Shown here piece after piece: positions 51,700-64,000 of a DNA stretch of 64,000 nucleotides (the stretch's first letter is position 1; each line of letters opens with the position of its first letter). This DNA comes from Raillietiella orientalis (taxonomy: Eukaryota): NCBI GenBank assembly GCA_036172245.1, contig JAYWIR010000005.1, positions 4,340,001 through 4,404,000 of the forward strand, read 5' to 3'. The translations under genes and the position numbers were made by a program. The notes under the pieces were generated by a model that ran no database searches, was not told the DNA's origin, and saw only the letters and a list, made by a program, of their open reading frames with translations.

Positions 51700-53650
51700 G
51701 GCATGCCCAAGGAGCACTGGGGATGAGAGGGATCACTGGACATGACCCGGATCGTCTTGCTTTAAGCCAGCCAGAAACCCGTGAAACACAGCCAAAGGAC
51801 AGACAGGTACTGACTGATGTTTGTCGTCGTTGTTTCGATGAGAGGATGACTCTCGGCACGCCTGGCTCCTTCCGAGGATTCCTTGGAAGTGTGCAGAAAA
51901 CCGGTTCTTCGCCATGGAAAACGTCTTCAACTAAATTTCTGCTAATTGCATCATCCGGAAGAATCTGCTCGCGAGAGGCGTCCCGTCTCCCGACGCCGGT
52001 GTGCCTAGGAAATTTTTTTTTCTTCGTTTTCCTCCTTTTCGATCTCTCGGGTTGGTGAAGATGCTGGGGTTGCCGAGACAGGGTCCTCCGTTTCGATTCG
52101 GGATAGACGAGTCGCGAACCTCCCCCTTTCGAAGGGACTAACGGTAATCGCAGGGCACTCCGAAAGGTTCTATCCTCTCCGGGAACAGGGGCTGGGCGGA
52201 TCTTCGGCTCCAGGGCGGCGTCCTGGCGCCTGCACCCAGGGTTGGAACTCTGGATTTCCCACCAGCGTCTTCGCGGGAAACGCATCCACCGCCGTCGCCT
52301 GCGGTGCTCTTTCGGCGATCACCAGCACCGCTGCGCGCGCTTTCAGTCGGAGGGACGCCGCGGGCGATCGAAATCTCATCCCGATAATGGAAATTTCTTT
52401 CGTGATTTATCCTTGCGACCGTTCGGATGCGAATCGATCCCAGGGCAAGGTGCCCTCGCGCTCCACGAGCGTTGCCTTGGAGCCAAGCGCAGCTTCCGCT
52501 CTGAGCTCTCGCCGTCAGCCACGAAGCAGGTTCGGGGAGTCCCCTTACGCCTTTGCGTGCCCAAACTGCTCTCCTGGGCGTAATCGCAGGGGTGCACCCA
52601 GGCTCTCACTGTTTCAGTCAGGCATTCAAAGAAGGGGGAACCCGAGTCTGGCTCCTGAGCGGATGCTGAAATCCCCGCGAGATAACCAGCCAATCGTTCC
52701 TTCGAGGAACGGTTGATTTGCCCAAAGGCCTTTCCGCCTCCTCTGTAGGTGTGATACGGGAGATGCAGGCTGTTGGCAGGATCCAAGGAATGTCAGAGGC
52801 AGAGTTTTCGTGAGCCTTCCAGATTCTTTCCTTCCTTGGGATGCAACCCTTGGAGACGATTTCTTGTTGACTTTCCCAGGGGAGGCGGTGAAAACGAAAG
52901 ACTTAGGAAAGATAGTAGACGGATGTCTTGGCATCACAGAAGGGACTGCTAAAGGCGATGCAGACTCTGAGTAGCCATTGAGTACTCTGAGTAGAAGGAA
53001 ACTGCAGCAGGTTTCGAGCACCATAAGAGCCATCGAGGGTCCCAGCGGTTTGTTTGGTAACATCTTTACAGGACTAGAGAGCTCTTTCCTAATTCTAGGC
53101 TGGGAGTTTGGCGAGATGTTCGTCCAGCTCGGGCACGCAAGCTGCGCATCCTCATTGGCATAGTGACCATGCGGATCAGCATGGGTAGAGCACAGTTTCT
53201 TGTCCTCAAAGGGGTCAACCAGACAGGCTCCGCTAGCTTCTTGCAGGGCCAGCGAGAGCCGATCTTTGGAAAACGTAGGTCTACCTAGAAATCCTGGACC
53301 GTTTCACGCATTAGACGCTGAAATAGGGCAAATTGGAGATGTGAACAGCCGTGCGTTCCTCTGGTAACGGCGAATATCCTGCAGAGCTCTCTGGGCGATA
53401 ACGACGGAGCTTCTTCCCGGATCCTATGGCAGGAGCAAGTCTGGAGATCCGCCTCCGTTGCTAGCTGCGGGCTTCCTCGGGGCCCGTTGGATGCACCCTG
53501 CTTCGTGGTGAGCTCCCACCCTCCTCGAGAGCCCTGCCGAAACCACGCCCGAGGCTATCGCGTCATGCAGAACCTCGGGCGCCCCCGCGACGCCATCCAA
53601 ACTGGGCGCCGACCCTTCGTGGGCACGCGCCAGCGTCGTGCGCGGCACCT
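51700..53650 (-). mobile_element. Degenerate L1 ORF1-like remnant (tentative)
   Basis: Minus-strand TAVHISNLPYF (RRM-like) is followed by KKLCSTHADPHGHYAN (decayed C..C...GH knuckle) and a long S/P/K-rich region. Confidence 0.4.
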
Positions 53651-54649
53651 GGGGCCGGGGTCCAATGCTGGATGAGCATCAAGGTGACCACGAAATCGTC
53701 CTTTGAACATCCCTCAGGAGGGACGCTCAGCGGACGAACGGATCGTTCCTGCTTTCCGAGGAACACCCCGAAGCGGAAAAATGGGTGCACGAGAGAGCTG
53801 AAGTGGACACCGGATCAATACGTAAAAAGTGGAAATTTCCACGGGCTCCTTTCCCAGATCGCAAGGGACCACCGTAACGTCCCTGGTCATGGATGCAGCG
53901 GGATGGAGATGTGTACGCCCAGCAGGGACCACGTCGCTAAGGACGAGTCTCCCCCGCTCCTCCGCATCGCCTGAACTTCGAGCTCTACCCTAGACGAGAG
54001 CACCACCACCACGCCCGAGTTGTGGAAAACTTGCGAAGACGCTCGAGGGAAACGCTCCGGTCGTATCCACTCCCTCACCTGCTTCCAGGTGCACAGAAAT
54101 GCTCTCAGCGATCAGACGCCGACGCCCCCTACATCCCGCAAAAAAGATCATCAATCGATCCGTAGATTTCTCAGTTTCCTCTTTTTACCAGAAAGCAGCC
54201 ACCCGCCTACACGAAAAAGTTGGAGAAAAAAACGGAGGGGGGGAGGAGGAAAAAACACACACACACATGCAACACACACGCACGCACATGCCTCCATCTT
54301 CCCCCTCCTCCTATGAAAAGGAGTGGCTTATCGTCGTCTTTCCCTTCTTGATGCGATTTGCTGAAATCGATTCCATTACCCAGCAGATGTCTATCTCTTT
54401 CGCAAACAGATTTTGTCAGCTTCCTTTGTGCGTTTCGTGAGCATCGATCACAGCTCCATTCTTCCCGCCGCACCAGCCTCCCTCCCTCCGCGGACGAGGC
54501 TGGTCCCACAAAAAGGTGGCGAGTGGTGGGAAAGCGCCAGGTAGGGCGAAGCCAAGGGCCCGCTCGGAAATGGATCGCCCTCGCCTCGCGCGCGCGCTCA
54601 AGAGGGGGAGGGGAAACTGCGGTCACGGGCGAAAGCCTCCCTTAAGGGC

Positions 54650-55380
54650 CAGGCGGATGCCGTGCACTTCTTCCGGGACGGAAAACTTCTGGATGGCTGC
54701 AAGACGAGCTGAGTTGGACAACGCTTCCACTCCTCGTTTCCGGCAAAAGGGACTCCTTCGGTGGAGTGACCTGCTTGGTGCACCCCCCGAAAAACTCGTG
54801 GTCCCTTCCCTTTGCATGGACACCTCCGTGCTCCCGCTACGCTGGAAACAGGATGCTCTGCTATTTCTGCACTGGAGATTCCAGTGCAGTCAGAGCAGAC
54901 CCCTGGTTTCCGGGAGAGTTGCCACCCCGAACTGCTCCAGGTGGACTGCGGTGCCCTCGAGGACACGTGGCGGAGACTGCTTCGGCGCTCCGTCGACCTC
55001 AGGACACTGCTTTGGACTTGCTGCGACGCTTCTTCTCAGGAGACGTACTGAAGAAATGCGCTGTCTCATCGCAATGATCTGTTGCATCCGCGCCTTGGTG
55101 ACAGTCCTCTATGTGTTAGAAGCAAGTTTGAGGCGAAGAGAGACCGCCATCATGGCAGCAGCTCTCATGGCTCGGCAGCAAGGTGGCCTCGTCTGCCAGA
55201 AGACGCCGCCAGGGAGATCGCCACCATCTACAGCCGCTTCTAGAAATTAAGGAACGTGCCATACCAAAGACCCTCCCCACCCCCTTCCTATCTTTTTCAT
55301 TTATTGTTCCCTCCCTCCGTTCCCTAGCTTTTGGAAGCCGACCCGCGTGCCGGTGGCTGTCCCGGATGAACTTGTTTTTG
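54650..55380 (+). mobile_element. L1-clade LINE 3' fragment, distant relative of family A
   Basis: KGLLRWSDLLGAPPEKL...LPLRWKQDALLFLHW aligns with KGLALWGELLTIPPEEL...PLKWQE. MICCIRAL parallels LCCLRGI. A pyrimidine tract follows. Confidence 0.65.
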
Positions 55381-58300
55381 GAGGGGAGGAGTTTTTCTTG
55401 TTTTTTTTGAGGGGATACTTTTCCCCTCTATCTTGTAGTTTATTTTTTCCCGGAGTAACCGGGTTCCAACCTCCGGGACGGATAATTCTGGCGGGGTGCA
55501 GTCCCGACGATCTTTGCAGAAACCCTCTGTTCCCTCTGATCGTTATTCCCCGAGCGGGAGGGTCTGCCAGCAGGTTTCCTCGCCCCTTCCCTCGTCCCCG
55601 CTCGAGCACGCGTCCTCTCCCTGTCTCCTGCCATCGGACCACGAAGTTGGGGCCGCCTGATCTCCTTCTCAAGAAGTGGTTCGTTCCACGTGGACAGTCT
55701 TCCTCGGACGAGGGGGAGGGGTCGGAAGGAAGGAAGGTTCGCTGGAAACGAAATCCTGGACTATTGCCACTGCAACTTCTGCTCTTCGGTTTGGGCAGGC
55801 AGGACCTTTTTTCGGGACCACCGGGGTGCATCGCCCTTGCACGTATTCTGGAAGAGCTGCGCAGAGGCGTTCTGCTTCTGTCCCTCCCTCAAGTCGTTCG
55901 AATTTCCGGAACTGCGGAAGAACATCCCTGTGTTTCAGCTCCGGAAACCAGCGTGGAGGTTCCTCTTCCCTCCTTTTCCTGCTGCTTCCTTTTATCGGAA
56001 GGAGGAACCGCTTCTTGAAGTTCTTCAAGAAGGAAGGGACTCAGAGTTCAGCTGGTTCCTCTTCAGAGTCAGTCGGAGGTTCCTCCCACAAAACACAGCA
56101 GGCCAGACCAATGAGCAGGTCAAAAAATCTCCGAAGATGGTCTTTTCTGCAGAATTGCCCTGATGTCTCAGCGTTTCCCTAGAAACCAATGATTCCTCAC
56201 CGAGGATCCCTTTCTCCAACGAGCAGGAGGGACTGCATTCAGAATGAATCTCCGCGCTCGGCACTGAACCGTCCCTTCTCCCTCATTGCCAGGCAACGCT
56301 GACGAGATCCCTGGGCGGAATCTTTGCTACCCACGGGTTGTTTTGAAGTGCTGGAAATCATCGCGCTAGAAAGGCGGAATGGCTGTACGGGGTCTTGGAG
56401 AGGAGGAGTGGAGAAACGTCGCCGGACTTGCCGGAAAGACTTTCTGAGCGCCGGCACGCTCGAGACGAGCCGCATCTCCTGAGAAACGCCGCCCAAACGC
56501 TTCATCCCCTCCCCCTTCTTTGGCGCGGAGTGCGCCGCCCCCGCGTTTGCATTCCTCTTTCGCGAGATCCTTCTGATCCAAGAAGCAATTCGAAATCCGT
56601 GGCTCAGGGGTTCCAGGAGCAACCTTCTCTCCGGGCGCTCCGGGGCCCGTTTTCGCACGCTTCCTTGTGCCTCTCCCCTTTCCTGCCTCTTCCCCCGTTC
56701 TCAGAGCCAAGTGCCTGCAGCGAGCGCTCTCGTGCAGACAATGAGGAACGCCGACGCTCCTTGGCATGCTGAGGAGCCCGTGCGAGATCGCAGCGCGCGA
56801 GAGAGGGGGAGGGGCGGATGGGGGATTGCTTTCGGGAGCATCTGCGCTTGATTTTAATTAAAATGAACTAGGATGTCCTCTTATTCCGGCTTATTCATTG
56901 CCGTGCTGCTGCGGATCTTCGATCGGCTGCATGTAAATCTTTCGTTTCCAGCTGAGGCGGACCTCTGCCTTCCTCGGATGGAGATGCGGGATACTGGAAC
57001 AGGAGTTAACGATGCTTTTTGATCCGGACCTAGAGACAATCGGAGTAAAGGACGATGGGTACTTGGGACGGAAACGCACAGGGAAAGAGGAGTAGGAAGA
57101 GGAAGGTCCAAAAATGAGACACCCTCGAGGTGAACGACACTTGTAACATGGACAACAACATGCACATTATAATAAGTGTGCTTGCTCCTCAAAAGATGAC
57201 TGCTGTTTGGATAATGCGGCGAATGTTTTTTGTTTTGTTTTTTCCAAGGAAGGTTGACGCAGCAACTGTGAGGAGACGAAATTCCTGCGGTTCTTCACGA
57301 TTTCTTCTCTCACACTGCTCATTTGATTTGCAGATGAATTTCTCAAGTCAGGACGTACTCGAAGACAGCATATTGGTGGCTGCACAGGCGTCTTCGAGCA
57401 CAAGAATGATGACATCAGGGTTTCACACAAATGTTCTCCACGTCCTTATTTGAGATCTTCATGAGGGAGGCTGGGAATACGGGAAACTCTCCGTGCAAGC
57501 CGGAAGGAGGTCCCAAGTATGAGTGGAAATGCTCTGGTAAGAAATGCTCTGGTATGCTCACAGCTGCCACCAAGGAAGCGCAGATGCTTCCGTCGAAACT
57601 CCTGCCTCGAAAATGCAACTCTCTTCCAGTTTACGGAAATGGAACTCGGGAAAGGGCATTGGATTCCAGGAATTCAGTATTCCTCAGGTTTCAGGACTGG
57701 TAATTCATTGTCCAGTTTCGGCTTAGATTACATCGGCCAATGGGCAAAAAACCTTCATCCTCTTCTTCTGACTGATAATTTAATGGGAAAAGATATCACT
57801 CCCTGATCCACGGAAGCATCAGCAGAGGCATTTAACAAAGCGAACTGGAAGAACGTGCTGAAGATCCTCCCAGAAGAGGGAAGAGAAGCAAATGGTGAGA
57901 TCACCGATCAGTGACGGACCACGAAACAACGAGACTACTCATCCATTGGGTCGCAGCTAAAGAAGATGAGGTTTTCCGAGATGAAAAATCCAAGTCTTCG
58001 CGTTTGTGCGGCAACAGATCCAGTTTTCCAGTCTCTGGAAAACTGGATCGATTGCATGACAAGAGAAAACGTGCACGCAATCGTGGGATTACTGTACCAC
58101 AGTTTGTGCTCGAATCACGTCCACAAAAAATGTCCCTTGTAGGAATTTCCGATGCCCTCTGATTACTGGACCTAGTGACCTGGCGCAGTGGGTTCTGGTT
58201 AACCAGCGTTCCCATTGCTTTAAACTTTAAACTTGGACAGCATCTCAATGGCCGTCATCGTCGAAACATCCGGGAGGATTCTATGTCTTTTGAGTGGCAA

Positions 58301-61300
58301 GAATGCGTGAAACTTTTTGTAGATGGCGAACAAGGAAGGAGAAAACGCACCGTGGATACATGGGGCGGGAAAAATGCAAGATGACTTCTTTTACAACGTC
58401 GAAAGGTCCGATGCTGCCTTTCTGGGAACGCCAGTCATCCCAAATCTGCGCCAGGCTGTGATGCTCCATCCACCATGAAGTTCGGATTTGGCTTATCAGG
58501 TTTCCATCTTCTTGATCCCATGGGGGACGCCATTCACCGACGAAAGTCAAAGGTGGCGACGAGGTCATCGAGGAGGGAACGCTTGGCCTTGGCCGCAGCC
58601 TCCAGAGTTTCACCAGAAAGGAATGCGGACGTGGTTCACAGGCGAAGGGAAACCATAGAAGATGGAAGGATGGCGATTACACAGGGGATGAGAACGCGGT
58701 GCGCGCCCACTTTTGTACGAGGTTTCGCCTCTGCGCGAAGATTTTCGCCAAGGAGGAAAGCGCGATGGCTTGCCGAGTAGCCCCAGCACTCCGATTCCTG
58801 GAGTGACTGGGTAAGTAGAAAAAAAAAAAAAAAGGGATCGACGGGCATAGCAGGCAGCGTTTCTGCTGTTCTTTGCTTCCTTTGTTTCCACAGATTACTT
58901 CCTTCGTTTGAACATCCCAGGCGACAAAGCAGGATTCGCGGCCACTCCCCGGAATTCACCAGGGAGACCCCTCGGATGTAGAGAGCCGAGAGTTTTCTTC
59001 GGAGCTCATGCTGTTCGCGTAAGATAGAGACAACGAGTGCTGAGTGCTGTTGTCATTTTTCGGAAAAAAAGAAAAAAACTGACCGTGAAGCCTTAGACCT
59101 TAGACCCTCGTAATGCAGGCAGATTTTTTAATTTTAGGTGGAAGAAATGACGGTGTGGGTGATTCTGTAGCCACTCACGAATGCCACGGAGCTTCCTGGA
59201 AGCTACGTCAGGTTCCTTTAAGCTACGGCAAGTTTCTGTTTTTTTTTTTTTTTTTGTTGGAAGGGATTCCTCAAGATTTCGTAGCATGTGGAAACCCGGG
59301 CTGCATCTATTTTAGAAAACGCAAGATGTGGGATCCCAGATGGTCTTATCCGTGCTCACTGGAGAGGTTTCCTGACACTGAAACACCTAGAGAGAATGGG
59401 AAGACTGCTTAGTTCTGAGTGATGCTTTGCAGTATCTTCGAAGATTGGATCCCAGGGGTCCACACAACATGAATGGGATCGCGGTGGCTCTCTGCTGGAG
59501 GCACCGGAGGCGCAGTCTCCAGGAAGAGCCCTCTCAAACCTCGCATTTCGGTGAGAGTATCCTTCCCTGTCTTGCAAAAATGCTGAACCTCTGGTCCACC
59601 GATCACCATGACAATTTTTTGCTTTGGACAAGGGCAGTATATCATAGTCGAGGACGGACGGAAACGGAGACGTGATTTTTTTGTTAGTTGAAAAACCATG
59701 ACAACCGGACAGATAGTGGCCGCTGGAGTCCTTGGGCAGAGTCGTGCTGAGTTCGGGCAGCAAAGTCAAGTCCTGAGGCCGGGGAAGTGAACGAGGAGTC
59801 CCTTGGAAGCGTGATTTCACATTCTTTCCAAGGATGATTCTCTTGATGACAACAGTGAAGTGAATGTGGATTACTCGAAAACGGTGAACATGGTGGCACA
59901 CAACTCTTTCCTCTATGTACCTTCCTCCTTTCTCTCCAATAATTCGAGAGATCAGAAGGATTTGTATTGATGCTGGAATTTGGATGGGAAGTTTCCATTT
60001 CCTGGATTGAGATTGGGGAGCCTATAGTTCATCTCTTGCCTTTGCTGTGATTTAGGAAGCGTGGTGGAGCGTGGGTCCACTTGAGAGATGGTGAAAAGGA
60101 TTGCTTGTCGGTGTAATAGCCGAGAGGTGGTCTGTCCTGACGTGAATTCGAGCATTGACGGTTGGATCCGTCTGAGCAAGTCAATTCTCTCTAAGGTCCC
60201 TAAGGCAACGTTTCCCCTGTCACATGTCCGGGTGACTCTGTCTAGCAGCCAAAGGGCACTCGAAGCAGAGTGTGTTGCGATCTGACCTCGTCCTGACTTC
60301 CCAGTCTCAGACTAGGTGCACACTGCCCGTTTGAAGGCACAAAGATAGCGTTCAAGAAGCTCTGCTAAAGGAAAGAAGGAAAACGATGAAACTTGAAGAC
60401 TCCTTTCCACTCTGAGGAGCCCAGGAGTCACTTCGCGCGATCATTGTCTCTGACTGGGATCTCGAGATCTGCGGAATGACGACGCTCTGGAAGAACGGGA
60501 GCTTTCCGGCCGTTTATCAAGTGGACGGAGAGATTGCATATTCACATTCTTCGCATCTTCAAATCCTGCCCATATTCTTGCCCTGTCCATACGAGGTGAT
60601 GATATCGTTTGCACGAATCCTCCGTCCATTTCCTCATCAGCTGATACCAGCTCTTCTTGGTCGTCGATGTTCTGGTAATGATTCCTTCAAGGGGGGACAC
60701 CCCAGTCTGTGGATTCAAGGTATATCAAGGCTGTAAAGAATAAAAGAGGCAACAATAAGGTGCTCCATTCTTTCGATGCACATCTGCGGGGATCTCCAAC
60801 TATTCCATTGCCTCTTCATTTCTGGAATCCTGGAATCCTAGAAAGTCAAGTAGTACGTTCCCCTACGGCCAACTAAACAATCTTCATCGACAGGGGAGGC
60901 AACGAGGCCTTTGCGTTTGGTCTCATTTCATCTGGGGCACTTCTGTGCACGCCAAGAATGCTCTTGAAAAACAGGAAACGTCTAGGACGACCATTCTTTT
61001 CCCCTTGCACAGCACCAGATCAATCTGACGGTCTCATGCCACATCCCGCACATACGAGACATGCACTGTATGCATCCCCTCCGAGCCAACAAGCACCATG
61101 TGATCCAAGCACACCTGCCTTGTACAACGCCAAGATGCAACCCAGCAGGCTTGGCGTGGTAGCAAAGAAACTCCCGACTTGAAGACGAGGCCGCGGGTTC
61201 CGACTCCGGCTGCGAAACTGACCCACTGGACTCTCTCCGAACCGTGGATCGGGCCCACGCTGAAGATGATGGAGGTGCTTCAGACTTGCTTTCTGAGTCC

Positions 61301-61434
61301 CTGCGCCGTGGACGGCCGATACCACTGCGCAATTTTGAGTCCGACTATTCGAACAGATCAATGAGCACGATAGGCAACTAAGAGGCGGGTTCTCTCCTGC
61401 CTTAGGAAGTCACGCTTCTTCCCAGTCCAGGTCC

Positions 61435-62161
61435 GCGCTGTCGGCCGTGTGACTAAGGTTTCCGCTCGTGGCACCAAGCGTTGCGGGTTCGAGTCCCTCT
61501 AGGGGAAGGATCGACGCCGAGAAATAGGTGCGTCGCGGTTTTCGAGTCTCCCCCGCAGGATGACGTTGGTTGGCCTACATTCAGGCGTGGCACTGATGGA
61601 AGCCGGAAACCTCCGCTGAGTGATCGGGATTGGAAGTCGACCATCCGGGTCCTTCCAGGAATCAAGGAGCCCTTCAGGATTCCCCTCCGGTCGTGAAAAT
61701 GGAGCCACCCTCCTATCGGAGTGACCTTCCATCGTTTACAATGGAGCTGACTGATGACCCTCCCTCAGGGGCTTGCCTCTTCAGAGTGTCATAAGCGTGT
61801 TGCTCCCTTCGGGGCTCTCTTCAGAGGAGGAAACAGGGAACGGTGCCCTCCGAAGAAATTTCAGGAGTGGATCCTTTCCAGGGGTTCCCACCGGAGACCA
61901 AATTCCTACTAGCGGATCCTTTCTGGGTTCCCTTCGGAGAAGATGAAATGGAGAGGACCCCCCCTCCCTAGGGGTGTCCCTCCGGAGAGAATGAGGAAGG
62001 AGGTTCCCTTCTGGGTTCCCCTTCGGAACAACCAGGGTGGGAGGTGCGATCCCCCCGTCCGGGGGGATCCCTCCCCAAGCGTGAGAGGAACGGACTTCGA
62101 GCCTTTCCTGGATTCATAGGGTGGACTCCCACTTCCGGGGTGCCCCTATTTTGAAGAATTA
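61435..62161 (+). mobile_element. tRNA-headed SINE-like element, copy 3 (longest)
   Basis: tRNA-like head, body homologous to copies 1 and 2, expanded internal GGGTTCCCTTCGGA-type modules, and 3' end ATTTTGAAGAATT. Confidence 0.8.
61442..61499 (+). promoter_or_regulatory. Pol III type-2 internal promoter-like tRNA head (A and B boxes)
   Basis: CGGCCGTGTGACTAAGG (D-arm/A-box-like) and GCGGGTTCGAGTCCC (T-arm/B box) lie at tRNA spacing. The acceptor and anticodon stems do not pair, so this is not a functional tRNA. Confidence 0.7.
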
Positions 62162-62700
62162 CACGCACCCTCTGCGGGTGGCGTGGAGCAGTGTTGAAGA
62201 GTCACGTGCGCCGCGAGGCACGCGACCGGCTCTTGAGGTACTCGGCGAACCAAAAAAAAGAAAATCCGAAAAAAAGCTGGGAGGAAAAAACAGCGAAGAT
62301 AGAAGAAAGAAAAACCCAAAGGATTTCCATCATCACCGGAAAGAGTAAGAAAGAGGTTTCCTTCAGGGTTCCCTCTCAATTGCAGGAGGAACAAACTCCT
62401 TCCTCCGAAGTCCTTCCTGAATTCACAGGGTAATCTCAACGGCATTGCCCCAACTTGGCTTTCCAGCTGTAACAGGATCTCAAACATCTTTCTGTCCATT
62501 CTGTGGACATGCTCACTGACCAATGCCTTTTCTTGTTCCCAGATTGCCACTCCTCTAGGCAGTGGGTGCTGAACTCCTCCGGGGGGTGGGGCTGAACCCT
62601 TGTCTTTCTTGACAGCAAGGCCGTTTTCGATTTTTCCGACCAAGTGCTTTGGGACACAAAGGAGAAGCAGCTGCGACGACCAAAGTTTTCTTGCTTGCAT
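62162..62700 (-). mobile_element. Family-B LINE 3' fragment
   Basis: Open minus frame ...VAIWEQEKALVS...LPCEFRKDFGGRSLFL...GDDGNPLGF, then a T-tract, a hairpin (62197-62234) and the terminal hairpin CACCC-GCAGA-GGGTG. Confidence 0.75.
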
Positions 62701-63299
62701 CTCGAATTCGCGGCGGAATTCCGATCGATCCTATCCGGTCCTCCCGCTACCTATAGGAATTAACAACAACAAAAAAAAAAAAAAAAAACGAGGAATTCTG
62801 AAAAAATTACTCAGGAAGGGGAAAACCGGAAGGAACGAGGGTGCTGAGTCGGAAATGTTCGGATGCGGTCGGATGAGGGAGAATCATTATAGTTTCGTAA
62901 AACGCACCCCAGAGCCGTTCGGCTGCTGTGAGTCATTGCGGCATGTGAAAGAGGTTTCGCACATGTTCATCATCAGGGGAAGATGGGCAGCGAGAATTCC
63001 CGCTTAACTGTCTTCACGGAAGTTCTCTCTCCAGAAAGTTCCTCCAAAGACGCGCGCTCCGCACTGCCTACAACTGGGCTGTCCGCTGAGACAGCCTGAA
63101 GCGTCTGAGGGTCTTCGAAAACCCGAGCCCTCTTTCCCGGGACCCACAGAAGGCAAGTAGGTCATCATCGCCATCAGCCAAGCAAGTGACCATCTGCTGT
63201 TCGGCTGCAGTCTGCTTCTTCGATGAATTCCAAGAGAAGGATTATGAAGCTCGCTCCTTCCTCGACTCTTACTGCGGCTTCGATGAGAGCCGTGGCACG

Positions 63300-63800
63300 T
63301 GACCCCCCCCCCTCCACTGTAAATAGAAATCCAAGAGGAATGGAGGACTCCAGTGAATCAGGACTCTTTCACTAAGGTAGCACGTTAGAAACTTCGGAGA
63401 TGGAACTCCCTAGGCTTGGCATCCGATTCTGCTCCCGATGAATCAGGGGGACGACCGACCTAAAGCAGGTTTTCGATTCCCATCAATATGGTACACCAAT
63501 GCACACAAGGGAGGACGGTGGTCTCAGCAATCCTTACGGTTTCTGTAGGCCAGTCAATCCTATCCAATCATCGACCAATCCGACCTCGTCCGACCAATCA
63601 TCAGTTCCTGGTGGTAGCAGCAGCATCTCGTGCAGGGAGAGCTCAAGAGGCAGTACCAGCGCTTCGCCAGGAAGGTGGTCCATCTGGTGCACCCAAAAGA
63701 TGTTCCTACTGGACTGCATCACAGAGCTGACGACAAGCTTCCTCATCTGGTCCACTCCACCACGCAGGTCCAAGTGATCTCGAGTTCCTGCAGAGCTTCA
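63300..63800 (-). mobile_element. Degenerate L1 post-RT (thumb) remnant (tentative)
   Basis: RKLVVSSVMQSSRNIFWVHQMDHLP resembles the L1 'R..L..SVL.S...YW....LP' block. Nothing else is clearly retained. Confidence 0.35.
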
Positions 63801-64000
63801 TCGTTTCGGGACCGAGCCGGTAAACCAGGGATTGATGGGAGTCCCGGATTCCGGAAGAGGAGAGACATTTCCCTGCTTACCTACTCTCGCGAACCCTGCT
63901 GTCGTAACTTCGAAAGGACAGCCGACCGACCTCGACAATGGAAATCCGATTATTCTTTCGCAGGACGAGGTCCGGATACGTAGCGACGGATCCAGGCCCG

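Noticed and set aside
61435..61507. Functional tRNA gene (GTG at the anticodon position, His-like)
   Set aside because: The anticodon and acceptor stems do not pair and conserved D-loop bases are altered. The same head precedes the same body at 38000, so it is a SINE head, and the source tRNA is ambiguous.
61751..61775. Hammerhead core CTGATGA followed by a short stem
   Set aside because: There is no GAAA after the stem, and the motif is absent from SINE copies 1 and 2.

Overview
This is eukaryotic, GC-rich DNA with many poly(A)/poly(T) and simple-repeat tracts and at least one GT-AG intron; I cannot identify the species. I found no intact protein-coding gene, rRNA or CRISPR array, and most ORF-track entries look like GC-rich noise. 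The window is dominated by decayed, nested mobile elements. (i) L1-clade non-LTR retrotransposon remnants: the best preserved, at about 49140-51277, keeps the RT motifs GIRQGD, YADD and KYLG. There are seven related 'family A' fragments and three 'family B' 3' ends, each family with conserved 3'-UTR hairpins. (ii) An internally deleted pogo/Tigger-like DNA transposon with TIRs and TA flanks at 47841-48655. (iii) Three copies of a 0.5-0.7 kb tRNA-headed SINE-like element. The most unusual signal is that the SINE's 3' tail matches the ANTISENSE strand of the family-B LINE ORF2 end, and two of three copies sit tail-to-tail against a family-B 3' terminus. Other notable items: a 261-bp, ~20% GC fold-back island bounded by CGATC direct repeats; a ~96%-identical inverted duplication about 33 kb apart; a templated 105-bp LINE insertion; and an intron-containing P-loop NTPase pseudogene. 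All alignments were made by eye, family names are my own labels, and boundaries of degenerate elements are approximate.
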